26,484 nucleotides of DNA from an uncultured Candidatus Peribacteria bacterium (GTDB lineage: Bacteria; Patescibacteriota; Gracilibacteria; Peribacterales; Peribacteraceae): contig CAYUBO010000001.1 of assembly GCA_964443095.1 (NCBI GenBank), positions 1-26,484 of the forward strand, read 5' to 3'. Position 1 is the stretch's first letter; every line of letters begins with the position of its first letter. A model generated the notes under the pieces. The model saw only the letters and a list, made by a program, of their open reading frames with translations, was not told where the DNA came from and ran no database searches. Shown piece by piece: positions 25,652-26,484 of the stretch. The position numbers and the translations under genes are program-made.

Positions 25652-26484
25652 GTGAAAATTCTGGTTGCCATGTCCGGCGGGGTCGATTCAAGCACTGTTG
25701 CACATATGCTCAAGGAACAGGGACATGAAATTGTGGGCGTAATGTTCACCATCTGGTCAGATCCTCTTGCGTCACCCCTTGCACAGGTGCTCCCAAGCAA
25801 GTGCTGCCATGCGCAGACAAGGGCACGCGCCACTCAGGTAGCGAAGGATCTGGATATTCCACTTCACATACTTGATCTTGAAGAAGACTTTAAGAGCACA
25901 GTTGTTGATCCATTTTTGAAGAGCTACAAAGAAGGAAAGACACCGAACCCATGCGTTTACTGCAATCGAATCTTTAAGTTTCAAAAAATGCTTGAGTGCA
26001 TGGAGGAATTTGGGTGCGAGAAGATGGCTTCGGGGCACTACGCAAGAGTCGCTCAGGAGACACGATCAAATGGATCCAATAAGTACCTCCTCCTTGAGGG
26101 GCTAGACAAGACCAAAGACCAAAGCTACTTCCTACATCGCCTCTCTCAGGAACAACTCAGTAAGACTCTATTCCCACTCGGATCTATGGAGAAGAGTGAC
26201 GTGATTAAGGAAGCAACCAAGTACGGGATTCCAATTGATCCTGAAAATTATCAGGAGAGTCAGGACATCTGCTTCTTCCCGGAAAAGGAGCCAAAAGAGT
26301 TTTTAAACAGGCACTTAAAGGATCAAATCAAGCCGGGAAATATCACTACAGAAGATGGCGAAGTTATCGGTACACATCGGGGGCTACCTCACTACACAAT
26401 CGGCCAGAGAAAAGGCCTCGGTGTTGGTGGACTCAAGATCCCACTTCATGTGACTGCAAAGAACATTAAAAAGAACACGCTCAC
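25652..26484 (+). CDS. mnmA: tRNA U34 2-thiouridylase, 3'-truncated (not in ORF track)
   Basis: GTG start; KILVAMSGGVDSS PP-loop, TPNPCVYCN, GHYARV, KDQSYFL, ESQDICF, YTIGQRKGLG; frame is open to the window end. Confidence 0.97.
   Translation, partial: MKILVAMSGGVDSSTVAHMLKEQGHEIVGVMFTIWSDPLASPLAQVLPSKCCHAQTRARATQVAKDLDIPLHILDLEEDFKSTVVDPFLKSYKEGKTPNPCVYCNRIFKFQKMLECMEEFGCEKMASGHYARVAQETRSNGSNKYLLLEGLDKTKDQSYFLHRLSQEQLSKTLFPLGSMEKSDVIKEATKYGIPIDPENYQESQDICFFPEKEPKEFLNRHLKDQIKPGNITTEDGEVIGTHRGLPHYTIGQRKGLGVGGLKIPLHVTAKNIKKNTL

Overview
Mostly core-genome DNA from a bacterium whose gene set and style suggest the Candidate Phyla Radiation, most plausibly Peregrinibacteria/Peribacteria (inference, not established). 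TGA acts as a stop, so genetic code 11. Left to right: two tandem DUF2079-like membrane proteins (first truncated by the window edge), tRNA-Pro(CGG), a VUT/YhhQ queuosine-precursor transporter, a ~575 bp intergenic region holding a structured RNA with a small ORF, an RskA-like lipoprotein, an O-antigen-ligase-like TPR protein, tRNA-Leu(CAG), an Asp/Glu racemase behind an attenuator-like leader, two hypothetical genes, a TMTC-like TPR glycosyltransferase, CIRCE-controlled groES-groEL, two paralogous micro-lipoproteins (one missing from the ORF track) ahead of a DUF318-type permease, a membrane-anchored ClpA/B-like ATPase coupled to a small membrane protein, tmk, folD, purF, purD, a BT1-family folate transporter, prfA, a double-zinc-ribbon membrane protein and mnmA (open at the right edge, missing from the ORF track). 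No transposase, integrase, rRNA or CRISPR array is visible. Strongest leads: (1) the membrane-tethered Clp ATPase with degenerate motifs plus its partner; (2) an orphan attenuator-like RNA at 3961-4162; (3) an unusual translation-initiation grammar with many leaderless genes and CCCC-N8-ATG instead of Shine-Dalgarno; (4) the acidic/Cys-rich lipopeptide pair plus permease; (5) a leader-peptide attenuator on the racemase. All protein-family calls come from motifs recognised by eye; no searches were run.
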